DNA of 34,297 nucleotides, from positions 1-34,297 of the forward strand of contig JAHQWW010000028.1 in NCBI GenBank assembly GCA_029856365.1, written 5' to 3'. Below, in pieces: positions 19,401-24,279 of the stretch. Numbering within the stretch: position 1 is the stretch's first letter; each line of letters starts with the position of its first letter. The notes under the pieces are model-generated. The model had not been told where the DNA came from and ran no database searches. It saw nothing but the letters and a program-made list of their open reading frames with translations. A program made the position numbers and the translations under genes. The stretch is from Candidatus Hodarchaeota archaeon. Lineage in GTDB: Archaea; Asgardarchaeota; Heimdallarchaeia; Hodarchaeales; Hodarchaeaceae.

Positions 19401-22057
19401 ATGAAGTCATTAAAATTAATTGATGAAGGTTGATAAACCCAAAAACCCGTTTCATTCAATATCATATCATTCCATGTCTCGTTCAACTTAAGCATAACGG
19501 TCTCAACATTGGACATGCTATCAGAGATATTTGCCCAGAATTGAGGGAATCCATTTCCAGTATCATCCACACCAAAATCATGGATAATAGGAGGCAAATG
19601 ATCTGGAGGGGGTAAACTGATGATTTGCCAACATTCTTCATGTTGATCATAGTTATCTGTTGTTCCATGATATTGCGTACTCGTCCATTGAGACCCAGAA
19701 ATCAGTCTCGGGAGGTTTTTTTGGCGAGGAAAAGATAATCCAGTACCCCTCGTAGATGAACTTCGAACGATTATAGTTCTATCAGGATCAACCTGATTAG
19801 GTATATCATTAGTTAAAGAATTTGATTCAGAATTTGGAGGATCCCAATTATAATTCCCTCGCTGGACATAAATTCCCTCTTCTGGAGGATGTTCTATTAC
19901 ATACCAACGAATACGGTTTGCATATGAAGAGCTGTCATATCGTCCAAAAGTGACTTCATTTGTATCAGTTATTTGCCCAAATATAGAAGTTTGCTGGAGT
20001 CCGTTGTCTGTACAGTCATACGTGAAATAAACCCAGCTAGAGCTCATATTCACCACAGGATCGTTGGGACTCCCAGAAGCAGCAATTAAATCAGTTATCT
20101 GTGCTGGAGAACTAATTACTACTTCTCCAGTATAAACAGCGTATTTTGATGGCCATTCTATAACTTGAAATCGAATTATTGCATCAGTGCTAGTAGCTGC
20201 CCCCGCTCTTTCAGCCATTACTGTTGTGGTATTAAAAAGTTCCACAGTTGCAAAGCCATCTTTGGTATCTTGTTGTGTAGCAGAAGGCTCATTTACTCTA
20301 CTATGTCCTATTACAAGTGATCTCGAAGGATCAACCATAGAGACTGACGCTGTATTACTCGCTTGACCTGCCCCGATACTAATTGATCCTCGCTGAACAT
20401 AAATTTCAGGACTCTCTACAATCCACCATGAAACATAAACATTTGAATCTTCTACAACTCTATCAAATGTTAGATGAGTTGGTGAACTAATATAACCACT
20501 GACCTGATGTTCGCGGGGATGGCTAGCAGAGCTGCTTCCTGCATAGTACATTATCAGAAAGGCCTGACTTGGGTCAACAGTTCCTCCAATATGTTGAATA
20601 GATTCAATCCCACTTAAAAACTGAAAAGAACCATGGTAAGTTCTGAAGCCAGTAGTACTACCCCCAAAATATTCTTCCTCTTTCTTAATAGAATAAAAAC
20701 TCTTAGGATTATTTTGGTTATTGTACTCTGTTATGATCCAGCTGAGGGGGCGTGAAATACTAGAAATTCGAACCTCGTCAATTATCCCATCAAACCATGC
20801 TTGACCATTTCCCAATTGCCCAGTGTCAACATTTCCACCTCCGATATTCCAATCACTATTCCAAGCAAGATTTGCGTTATTACCATTACTCCAATCTGTT
20901 GAATCTGTATCGTCTAATCCATTGATGTAAATCTTATTGTTTGCCAAGTTATTTGTATCTAATACACATGTAAAGTAATACCAAACGCTAGCTGACCACG
21001 TTCTAGTTTCTGTCCACTTATACATTACATCGCCATTTTCAATTTTAAATACAAGACCACCATCTTCTCCTTGGCTATAATCTATCCCAGTGAGGATGAT
21101 TGCCATATCTTGATCATTTGACGCAAATTTTTCTAACAGAAGTAATGACGTTGAAGAAGAGCTTGAATGACCACTATTAAGCTTAAACCATCCCGAAATA
21201 GTCACATCTGTACTTGGATTAAGAGTGGAATTTGGTGGGATATTTATTTTATCGTTTGCTCCATCAAAATTTTGCCCATCACAAATCTTACCTGTAAAAT
21301 CATCATTCCCGTCTTGAATGCCATGAATAAGGTTTATGGTTGAGTCATAATGAGCTGCTCCTGAATTTTCATCCATCACAGCTTCATTGAAGTGCAAAAC
21401 TGTAAGATAATTAGAATCCCAGACACCAGTAGGATTTTCCTGAATTCCAATATTATGATTTCCATAATACATCGAAATAGTGGTATTAATCGTACTCGAT
21501 AAGTTGGGAATTCTGACCCAAGCCACTAAATGAGCATGGGTGGAGTTATATGTTTGATTGAAGTATTCCAATTCATGATCGAGCTTTACACCTGTTATAT
21601 CAGCAAATAGAATATCGTCACCATCTGCTTGTACATCTAAATGCAGATCGCTATCGTATAGATCGATAAGTACTGGGAAATCTTGTAAGTCTGCAGCAAC
21701 TTTCATTGAATTTATCGTTATATTTTTCCGATATCGGAACGAAATATCTCCCCAATTACCTCCTAATTTAACTGAAGATTTTACAATAAAATCCTGCTGA
21801 TCAAGTAATTCATCATTAGGATCATTATTTGACTCTGGAGGGAATGATTGATAACTATTCCAGTCACTCTCCACAGTTCCGTTCATTTTATCAAAACAAT
21901 CAAGCATAGTAACATTACTTATCAAACGTGGGACTACTTGAATTTTTTCTATCATTTCAGGAATTTTATCATTCTGAATTTGGATGGAGGGTATAATGAC
22001 GTTGATAAAAAAAACCACACATATTGAGTATGATATAAACCGTGGAGGCACCCTCAA
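1439..22057 (-). CDS. Giant (6872 aa) single-pass surface adhesin/receptor-like protein: DUF2341 + LamG + VQRG repeats + ~56 Ig/cadherin-like repeats + TM + cytoplasmic longin/roadblock-like and wHTH-like tail
   Basis: Uninterrupted 20.6-kb ORF with a TTG start (GTG at 22051 is an alternative) and a hydrophobic N-terminus (ISYSICVVFFINVII). Domain motifs are listed in the sub-features. One TM helix, PVLITIFALLIAFSSVIVLI, is followed by HHHRRRSR. Confidence 0.95.
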   Translation of the reverse strand: MRVPPRFISYSICVVFFINVIIPSIQIQNDKIPEMIEKIQVVPRLISNVTMLDCFDKMNGTVESDWNSYQSFPPESNNDPNDELLDQQDFIVKSSVKLGGNWGDISFRYRKNITINSMKVAADLQDFPVLIDLYDSDLHLDVQADGDDILFADITGVKLDHELEYFNQTYNSTHAHLVAWVRIPNLSSTINTTISMYYGNHNIGIQENPTGVWDSNYLTVLHFNEAVMDENSGAAHYDSTINLIHGIQDGNDDFTGKICDGQNFDGANDKINIPPNSTLNPSTDVTISGWFKLNSGHSSSSSTSLLLLEKFASNDQDMAIILTGIDYSQGEDGGLVFKIENGDVMYKWTETRTWSASVWYYFTCVLDTNNLANNKIYINGLDDTDSTDWSNGNNANLAWNSDWNIGGGNVDTGQLGNGQAWFDGIIDEVRISSISRPLSWIITEYNNQNNPKSFYSIKKEEEYFGGSTTGFRTYHGSFQFLSGIESIQHIGGTVDPSQAFLIMYYAGSSSASHPREHQVSGYISSPTHLTFDRVVEDSNVYVSWWIVESPEIYVQRGSISIGAGQASNTASVSMVDPSRSLVIGHSRVNEPSATQQDTKDGFATVELFNTTTVMAERAGAATSTDAIIRFQVIEWPSKYAVYTGEVVISSPAQITDLIAASGSPNDPVVNMSSSWVYFTYDCTDNGLQQTSIFGQITDTNEVTFGRYDSSSYANRIRWYVIEHPPEEGIYVQRGNYNWDPPNSESNSLTNDIPNQVDPDRTIIVRSSSTRGTGLSFPRQKNLPRLISGSQWTSTQYHGTTDNYDQHEECWQIISLPPPDHLPPIIHDFGVDDTGNGFPQFWANISDSMSNVETVMLKLNETWNDMILNETGFWVYQPSSINFNDFIKYQICNTTDSSGNYLTEGSIVKNITFNYDTVFPNVLDWEYYRYIGSFGTFNANVTDSWGEIDSVLVNVTQCAGIARNDLTATMKPTISGYINDTLQMNAGTILFEIIVNDTAGNSYTSSKHQGEVNIAPIASNLILSPDPLHSCNTLSLNYDFYDQDGDSEEGTEIRWYKNSVFEPVYNDMKQIPAYALIKGDVWCASVQPKDGKNFGELIWSLNITVYNSIPELSNYYIAPDIPTTDSVLSSIYSYYDYDDDDENTINRQIRWYKNGYLVVSINDQISVPSEETTNGEEWFFAMRVHDGTNYSNWVTSVIVTIANTAPLASNLDLAPNNPKTNQDLMASYTFIDSDGDQESGTILLWYKNGIVQPAYENQLIVPPSATNRGENWYFTVLPSDGINYGNLKTSSMINIANTVPSASDLSITPNEPKTGNELMVIYSYADVDSDPESGTEILWYKNGVLQGGLNYSNTVPVTYTAKEQVWHCKVRPSDGTDFGEWISISTNVTIGNTVPFAIDLIITPINPKVVDDLIASYTYIDPDSDPESGMEILWYRNGILQGILNGSITVPASHTLKGQEWHYKLKLSDGTDFGEWIDLPINITIVNTAPFVADLTIVPNEPTSGDELSASYSYTDPDSDLESGSFIQWYKNGEEQTTYENQTTIPSIATNRGENWYFVIQPRDSFDYGIPKISSTVTIMNTEPSVSNLIIIPNEPKTGDNLTVSYIYADLDSDLESGTEILWYKDGVLQGMLNGSRTVLASYTAKGQDWYYKLRPSDGTDFGQWAIVQNNITINNTPPSASDLAIIPMNPITEDVLFATYYYKDNDADPECETNIIWFKDGVLQDNLNDSLYVSSNHTAKGQVWHFKVKLYDGMDFSDWISVSSNITVINIEPSISDLFITPYTPKTGDDLIMTYTYTDPDCDPENGSIIRWYKNGAEELSYENKTTVPAEMTNKGEIWYLTIHPCDGADYGTVKTSSSVIITNTVPTSSSPIIMPTEPLSSHDLIVNYTYMDPDNDPESGTEILWYQNSILQKDLNNSEIVPASYTTKGQVWHYKIRPSDGSDFGIWMEVLYNVTIGNTAPSISELAIIPENVTTKDNLIVIYTFIDPDLDIENRTMIRWFKDDVLQEDLNDSILVPATFTAKGQEWHCMVCPSDGICFGEWVSVTINITVGNTAPTASGVIITPNNPKTGDNLTANYIFVDPDGDQENGSYIRWYKNGYLLPSYINQTIIPNSATNKGETWYFTIQPSDGTDFGSLKISPIIIITNTAPSISDLTMMPSGAKTEDDLTTNYTYSDPDNDPEISTEVLWYKDGVLQGALNGSMIVSSSYTTKGEVWYCKIRLSDGTDYGEWVSVLNNITIQNTAPLVDSLLIVPNKPQANQDLKVSYIYTDVDSDLESSYEILWYRDGMLQGTLNGSMNVPTSYTDREQVWHCKVRSSDGNNFSSWIGCLINVTIHNTPPIVSDVKILESSPVSNDSDLHVSYSYSDYDNDVQKNTSRRICWYKNGILQEILNDSLIVDNGSSISGDIWYFTIQVSDGINLSKWGISPSVSIEVPPNTPPEAKLLYITPENPTTSNNLNVIWTFFDEDGDSESGSKYYWYCNGVHMNDYDGLQTLPSAATVKGDIWHAKVRPRDGTDFGNITGVSTNLTIGNSVPSIEGLVINPEDPKTANELSVRYYWIDLDTNDVESGSNIIWFKDGVLQGALNGSMTVIAILTAKGQIWHCKVRPSDGVDFGEWLGSTINVTIGNTPPFVNELSVLPGNPKTEQDLSASYTFNDLDSDPETGSYIRWYKNGEEQIVYENQTTIFAANTNKGEIWYFTIQPSDGTNYGNMKSSSIIAIVNTAPSTSDLFIIPGSPMTEDDLMISYNYADVDGDPEINIEILWYENEVLQGIMNGSTRIFASYTTKGQVWHFKIRPFDGTEFGDWLGSQNNVTIDNTAPIANEVAIIPNNPGTTHDISASYIYSDLDSDPEIGSIIRWYKNDLEQVSYENQIILPSTATSKGENWYFTIQPSDGINYGNLKTSPTIVINNTVPSVDYLSITPENPVTGEALVASYSYTDVDGDLESDSYIRWFKNGEEQPSYENQTTLSAVTTSKGETWYFTILPSDGTSYGNLKTSLMITIANTAPSISYLTILPIDPGTNHSLSVSYSFTDVDNDNETGTEILWYRDGVLQGALNGSKTVSLSYTAKGEVWHCMVRPSDGIDFGEWVVTPLNVTINNTAPSTSNLAIMPSEPRIGDNLIAWYNFQDLDADPESETIIRWYKNGIEQTAYENQTTVPASATRKGENWLFSIQPSDGTDYGGIKTSVIVIVVNTVPFVNNLAITPNTPKTSHELVCGYNYADMDLDPESGTFIRWYKNSIEQTAYENQTSVLPSATNKGENWYFSILPCDGSDYGNVKTSPIVTIVNTKPSIINLAITPSSPKSINDLTVSYSYTDLDTDIETGTEIVWYRDGVLQGALNGSKTVSASYTAKGEVWHCMVRPSDGINFGEWVVTPLYVTIGNTAPGVGNLVIIPGEPKIGDDLIAWYNFQDPDIDPENKTIIRWYKNGVEQTAYENQTIIPASITTKGENWYFTIQPSDDIEYGSMVFSPIVTICNTAPSVSDLNITPHKPKTRDDLKGSYNYLDVDSDLESGSIIRWFKNDDEQIAYENQTTVPASATSKGENWYFTILPCDGDDYGYLKMSPIITITNTKPLANGLVLSPNEPLTDQNLVASYVYTDADSDPESGTEIFWYQNGVLQGALNGSTTVAASYTTKGQEWHLKIRPSDGINFGDLISVSVNVTIANTAPSISNISIEPNNPKTVNDLTSIYIYTDPDSDPESESIIRWYKNGIEQFDYENETIIPYTATSKGENWYFTIQPSDGIEYGTLVLSSIITIRNTAPSVSDLIIIPNTPKTGDVLTASYNYNDLDSDAESGSIIRWYKDGVEQFGLENLITIPAAATNKEENWYFSIQPYDGTDYGSLKSSSIINIVNTAPSIKNLVIIPSNPLSIDEISLNYIYSDEDSDSESGTEILWYRDGVLVGALQDFTIVPSSYIAKGQVWHCKVRPSDGIDYGEWVDSSINVTIANTAPFTSELAITPSEPKTENDLYANYIYIDPDNDMESESIFRWYKNGIEQPGYENLSILPAAATKRGENWYFIILPSDGTDYGNMQTSPIVTIVNTGPSVSSLAIVPSEPKTGDALTASYSYTDPDSDLESGSIIRWYKNGIEQPGYENQLNLPAAVTSKGETWYFTVQPSDGTDYGNLQPSPMVAIANTSPSAGNLDVSPNNPQTTNDLFAFYTYSDPDSDPESESRICWYKNAIEQSMYENQTTLPAAATKKGENWYFTILPNDGSDYGTLQTSQIVTIMNTGPSASDLNIIPNDPGTNDELAANYIYVDPDDDPESGTNILWYKDGVLQDTLNDSATVLNIYTAKGQVWHCKVRPSDGTDFGGWVSSTSNITINNTAPATTDLTITPVAPKTGHDLLASYTYADPDSDPENGSHIQWYKNGIEQSVYENQTAIPAAATSKGEDWYFTTQASDGTDYGDLMTSPVITIRNTAPSVSNLIITPSNPMTGDDLTAAYSYSDMDTDPESGSRIWWYKNGIEQPVYENQTFVHSSTTSKGENWCFIIEPSDGSEFGSQKASSIITIVNTAPSANDICISPTSPQTGHNLIIGYTYTDPDNDLEIGTEIVWYKDNILQEALSGLTVVTASYTTKGQEWHCKVRPSDGTEFGSWASSQVNITITNTPPSVSDLTITPSYPTSSDDLVASYSYLDVDLDEESGTEIIWYKDSVIQGGLNGSTTVQDNLTGKGQIWHFKVRPKDGFVFGEWIGSPTNVTISNTPPTVSNVKILEESPVNETLDLHATYLYSDYDGDSQVNTSREIRWYRDNVLQSSLNDILTIAAGNTTVGQIWYFTIQVSDGVDLSSLEISPSVGIQVPPNNPPEARFLNLIPSNPIQANSLFINWTFHDIDGDEELGSQYRWYRNGDHVSEYDNLQILPSTATVKGDNWHVKVRPRDGKDFGNWASVPENVTIQNTAPSVGGLIISPNEPKTGDKLFISYSYIDPDLDSENGTEILWYKDGELQRALNGSTFVLSGYTTKEQEWHCKVRPSDGTDYGEWVESPINITIVNTAPSASNIAITPSGPKTGHDLNADYTFIDADMDPEIESIICWFKNGLEQLAYENQTTIPASITNKGENWQFSVKPSDGSDYGSQGWSSIITIANTAPFVSNLTITPTNPRTGDDLIANYDYFDADSDLEIGTEIIWYKDDVLQEALNGSTVVFTSYTGKGQVWHYKVHPKDGDDFGQWVSVSMNMTINNTAPSAGNLIITPIEPRTGNDLEAEYTYIDIDMDPESGTKIIWFKDSKLQGFLNDSTIVFSTYIAKGQVWSFKVKPSDGTDFGNWVSVSINITVVNTVPSVSNLAITPINPKTGDDLIVNYNYFDTDSDLESGSYIRWYKNEEVQPTYENQTTIPTFVTTKGEIWYFTIEPSDGSDYGILKISPSVSIANTAPSVSDLTITPCNPQTGEDLVASYAYVDVDADPEGETEIIWYKNGVLQTALNGSITVTANYTIKGQVWFFKVHPSDSTDFGEWVRIPINATINNTAPSVSDLTITPSYPKTGHELKANYIYTDVNADLEKETEIIWYKNGVLQTVLNGAFTVGVGNTTKGDIWHFKIHPFDGTDYGIWFSSPVNVTIHNTSPLISDLEITPSSPKTGDDLTAFYLYTDADTDPDNGSIIRWYKNGLEQLALENQTSVFASSSSKEETWYFVIQPCDGSDYGNIKTSPSVIITNTAPFVSDLIITPSYPKTEHILSIAYNYSDADSDLESGSYIRWYKNEEEQPTYENQTTIPAFATTKGETWYFTIEPSDGSNLGDLQTSPITTIMNTAPSANDLTIIPNSPMTGQILIVNYTYNDADADPEIGTEILWYKDGVLQEILSGSNTVAANYTGKGQVWHYKARPSDGSDFGNWVGCLNNVTIGNSAPTASSLTITPTSPKTGDNLTASYIYHDPDDPKSKTENGSEILWYKDGVLQGALNDSKTVPTTYTAKNQVWHYKIHPKDGIDFGNWFSLSINVTIGNTKPEIVCTSLFPNGSVYTNDTLVATFEASDTADNDSLVSYYIVWKKNNIEVPFLENSTTVLPKYTSKGEVWIFEVRVFDGSDWSEKKWAGTEIQNSKPYILNVAISGGNTTSDDVVIFYEFVDFDGDEDKTEISWNIRHLGTWNPLTMILLPNSYIAAGDYIYCIIKPYDGDDYGESVLEPQSGFIIVGNTPPELVAPPNILGANNSTFYSPRIPLYVNYSAKDIDSGEGLDIFDIEVENGLVVHAQYRWYRNGILIDELQNHYVESRYVTKGDVWIVSVCPRDRRLDHGSWVNSSAIIIGNGYPTVTNLKFIGNDDHPQFFIEDQDININYTFVAGVSYRKDDLTMLRWYVNGIYQSEYDGWKFISASKTHAGEVWTVEVYPFDGIENGPKLDISVIIESRPSINNFGFDTEREGYYDLWVNASDVRNIISEVRFKIILNGTDEQTKERYKSPWKVEFPLSEKYYASFINKTVIVEIIATSTTQRYEDISYKIDCTKSYIFTIEDSTPPRVKDTYIKNLEQDPTKITFCAEIQEFDSGIEKVILYYYFKAINKTEAEPIGFGSSLNHDEVQKWRLVEMLSDSIENTNGETIQIYSATIPFIQNKTNWKIIYKIETVDKNGNKRFYEYNEFNDIEIKYNNGETILSLDPVLITIFALLIAFSSVIVLIHHHRRRSRTIQLSIVQKYNAMKSIRVIFCRTSFGVQFYNEQTFHDFEADIDVLSGLSTAISDFMKDVTTRMMARSEEEVIQGQKTEFEALSRKGLNMLVWNGKYSSIAIISDKVLPKTFRVYIRHIGQEIEDNFADKLINYISPNHISVEKVRRIIHKHLPLYYCSPLALNGGVRRRNNNILSRKEHRMWDIINQKIYSVSKIGYSFPEAIVGELGSNFKRIEAIKFLKKAVKLKLLVELSLPHSIDSSNQPIIAERLEE
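1442..2281 (-). other. TM helix (~2222-2281) and ~260-aa cytoplasmic tail: longin/roadblock-like domain (~1740-2155) followed by a wHTH-like C-terminus
   Basis: IRVIFCRTSFGVQFY (beta hairpin), DIDVLSGLSTAISDFMKDV (helix), EFEALS/NMLVWNG/SSIAIISD (three strands) and two further helices give the bb-a-bbb-aa order of the longin fold. The terminal LSRKEHRMWDII...EAIKFLKKAVKLKLLVEL resembles a winged helix. Confidence 0.65.
3026..19024 (-). repeat. Tandem array of ~56 Ig/cadherin-like repeats (~94-100 aa; mostly 282-285 nt each)
   Basis: Manual count gives 56 units over aa ~1012-6344. Consensus NTAP.vs.L.ItP..PkT.ddL.asY.Y.DpDsDpEsG..I.WYK(N/D)G..........T.KG(E/Q).W.f.i.PSDG.d(Y/F)G. Units 53-56 are more divergent. 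Confidence 0.92.
11897..12937. repeat. Recent intragenic direct repeat pair: 11897-12088 vs 12746-12937 (offset 849 nt = 3 units)
   Basis: Manual alignment shows ~11 mismatches in 192 nt (~94% identity). Confidence 0.85.
19612..20650 (-). repeat. Four ~85-90-aa beta-rich VQRG...VD.S...F.R...W.(V/I)IE repeats (H-type-lectin/tail-fibre-like, inferred)
   Basis: Units seen: YHGSF..VDPSQ..LTFDR..VSWWIVE; VQRGS..VDPSR..VMAER..IRFQVIE; VYTGE..VNMSS..VTFGR..IRWYVIE; VQRGN..VDPDR..CWQIIS. Confidence 0.7.
20680..21754 (-). other. DUF2341 + LamG/concanavalin A-like domain pair within the giant protein
   Basis: DUF2341 signature: W..FRYRKNITI...DFPVLI...DGDDILF...LDHELE...WVRIP...MYYGN. LamG-like signature: FDGANDKI, TISGWFK, WYYFTCV, KIYING, FDGIIDEVRIS...WIITEYNNQ. 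Confidence 0.85.
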
Positions 22058-22483
22058 GCTGTAATCTCTTCCATGTATCTCTATTATTAAAGATTAATGG
22101 ATTGAAACTTTGTAAAAACTGACTTCCCCTGTGGAAATTCAAATACTGTGTCCTCGGGCTTATCATGACGAAGACTGTTATTTTATATTAAGCTCATCGA
22201 GTTTCAGAGAGTTTACTAGTGAAAGCGAATAGCTAGTTGAGCATTGTCAACGTAAGGTATTCATCCGGTGTTGGTTGATATATACCTTTCCAAATGAATA
22301 TTCAGCCTATGTTCCCCATTTGATATTTTTTGAGTGTGTGCGCTTGCGCGCATGTTTTTTGATACATCTAGTATAACTTGAAAAAAAGGTGTAACTGAGA
22401 AAAAAACGAAGAATATTCAAACCAACACTTCAGGGATAAGAAGAATTTTGTCATAAAAACCTGGTTTAACTAGGAAAGTTCTA

Positions 22484-22897
22484 TCAAATTGATTGATACT
22501 GACCACTTAAAATTTGCTCGATTCTTTGTTGTTTTCCTCTCGCCAAGATATTAAAGATTCGTCCATTCCCAGGTTCAGTTGAAAATTCATGGATTACCAA
22601 TTGATATTGTTGGAAAATTGAAAAGATAATCCAATCGATATCTGACATCTTTTTCGTCCAGATATCACTCTCACTTTTAAAAACATCAATGGTGAGAGCC
22701 AATTCTGCATGGGTTATTTCTGCTTTTGGAATTCCTAATTTCGTTGTGATCTTTGTAAGCAACTCTTCTAAGTTCGGTATTTTTGTAAGCGTAAAATCAT
22801 CTGGTATGGCAATAATGTAACTTGAAGAGGATTGTTCTCGAATCAAGTCATCCTGCTTTTTCATCAGAGTTCTCTCCGTATTATACTTCAAGTCCAT
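22484..22897 (-). CDS. Hypothetical protein (~137 aa, alpha/beta)
   Basis: ORF with GGAG(TG) RBS before ATG at 22897 (the track start is GTG at 22903). Protein-like composition; no family recognised. Confidence 0.7.
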   Translation of the reverse strand: MDLKYNTERTLMKKQDDLIREQSSSSYIIAIPDDFTLTKIPNLEELLTKITTKLGIPKAEITHAELALTIDVFKSESDIWTKKMSDIDWIIFSIFQQYQLVIHEFSTEPGNGRIFNILARGKQQRIEQILSGQYQSI

Positions 22898-23273
22898 TAT
22901 CACTCCTATTTAAAGACTAGTAAATTCTTTTCAAACTGGATTACTAAATCTGAAAATGGAGATTTCGTTCAACAATCAAATAAGAAATAAATTTCCTTGC
23001 TTTGATCTTACTAAAAACTGGAGGAAGATTTTACTTCAATTATTCCTTAGTAAAAATCCTATTGTTTTATGTAAAGCGGAAGTTGACAACAGCTTGAATT
23101 TAAAGAACTGAAAATCATCCTTACTTCATTTAAAGAAACAAAGAGAGAATATTTTTGCACTAACAAGAGATTTGAAGATATTTCATAATAGGAAAAACTG
23201 GATAATACTATAGCTTGAATGGTTAATTTTAAGAGAGGTTTGATTCCACAAGAACAACCGACATACTAATGAT

Positions 23274-23278
23274 GGTGA
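23274..23278 (+). promoter_or_regulatory. Archaeal-type Shine-Dalgarno GGTGA
   Basis: The same GGTGA precedes the ATGs at 24052, 33228 and (minus strand) 29878 with 4-7 nt spacing. Confidence 0.65.
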
Positions 23279-23284
23279 GTTCCA

Positions 23285-23875
23285 ATTAGCCCAGTCTGCA
23301 AAAAATGTAAAAATTATGTAATGAGTTTCCCGTGTTCACATTGCGGTAGTGAGGAATCCTTTTCAGATCGGAAAGCCGACGATTTCAAACCCATTGTACC
23401 TATCGAGCTTCAAGGCGATTTTTCGGAGCCACCAGAATTCAATTCACCTCCTTCTTCGATCTCCATCCCCCATTCTACCAAATCAAATACCAAACCTGTT
23501 TCTAAATCACCTGTTCCGAAAGATCCGCCAGATACTTCTCCAATTCCTCCTATAGTCCCCTCTCCAAAATCAGATGTTAAACCAGGTATTCTAGAAGGGC
23601 CACCTAAAATGTCACCTAAAGCCCCTACTTCCTTAAAAGATTCCTCTATGAAAGAGGCTTATGGAATAAATCATGTTGTTGAAAGGATGGTCACCAAGAC
23701 TGAAGACACCGATTATAGAACTTTTGTCAAACATCACTTATTTGAAATAGAAACAACTATTCAGAGTATCCAGACTGATATACAATCGTTAATTGAAGGC
23801 CAAAAACACATCGAAAGTATGTTAGAAGAAAAAGAAGAACAGAAATCTCAGAAAAAGAGTCGCTGGAAAAAATAA
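23285..23875 (+). CDS. Zinc-ribbon / Pro-Ser-rich / coiled-coil protein (probable ATT start)
   Basis: The in-frame upstream extension gives ISPVCKKCKNYVMSFPCSHCG (CxxC-x8-CxxC). It is followed by a PxxP-rich linker, a heptad-like helix (LFEIETTIQSIQTDIQSLIEGQKHIESML) and a basic tail. GGTGA at 23274-23278 lies 6 nt before ATT at 23285. Confidence 0.8.
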   Translation: MSPVCKKCKNYVMSFPCSHCGSEESFSDRKADDFKPIVPIELQGDFSEPPEFNSPPSSISIPHSTKSNTKPVSKSPVPKDPPDTSPIPPIVPSPKSDVKPGILEGPPKMSPKAPTSLKDSSMKEAYGINHVVERMVTKTEDTDYRTFVKHHLFEIETTIQSIQTDIQSLIEGQKHIESMLEEKEEQKSQKKSRWKK

Positions 23876-24051
23876 CCTGGAACTTAAAATTAGTCTACTT
23901 TCAAATAAACTGTTCTTTTCACTATAACAGGTTGCTTTTCTACTTTTATCTGATATTAGCTTTGAAACGGATTTAAATCGTACTATTTTTTCTTAGTTTT
24001 TTCCAGGAAAAAGCTTAAAATGATGTATTTTTTCGGAATAAAGGTGATAAA

Positions 24052-24279
24052 ATGAATTTAATTAAAATAGTGGGTGGTCTTATAGTAATCTTTGGCGCGT
24101 GCATCACTTTAGTAAGTCCCTTAATACTACTTATTGGTCTCGGTATGGTAGATAATATCCCTAACACTCTTCTAGGAATTGAATTAACCCAATTCACTGG
24201 AATAGTGATGGCTGGAGTAGTCTTCATTGTTGGGGCTATCATCGTACTCGTTGGGAAAGGCCTATGGGAAAGAGAATAG
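24052..24279 (+). CDS. Small two-TM membrane protein
   Basis: GGTGATAAA-ATG start and two Gly-rich hydrophobic segments. Confidence 0.8.
   Translation: MNLIKIVGGLIVIFGACITLVSPLILLIGLGMVDNIPNTLLGIELTQFTGIVMAGVVFIVGAIIVLVGKGLWERE

Noticed and set aside
1893-22166. About 25 short ORFs (60-96 aa) on both strands inside or overlapping the giant gene, several resembling each other
   Set aside because: They are shadow or alternative-frame ORFs. Their mutual similarity follows from the underlying domain repeats, and none has an independent motif.
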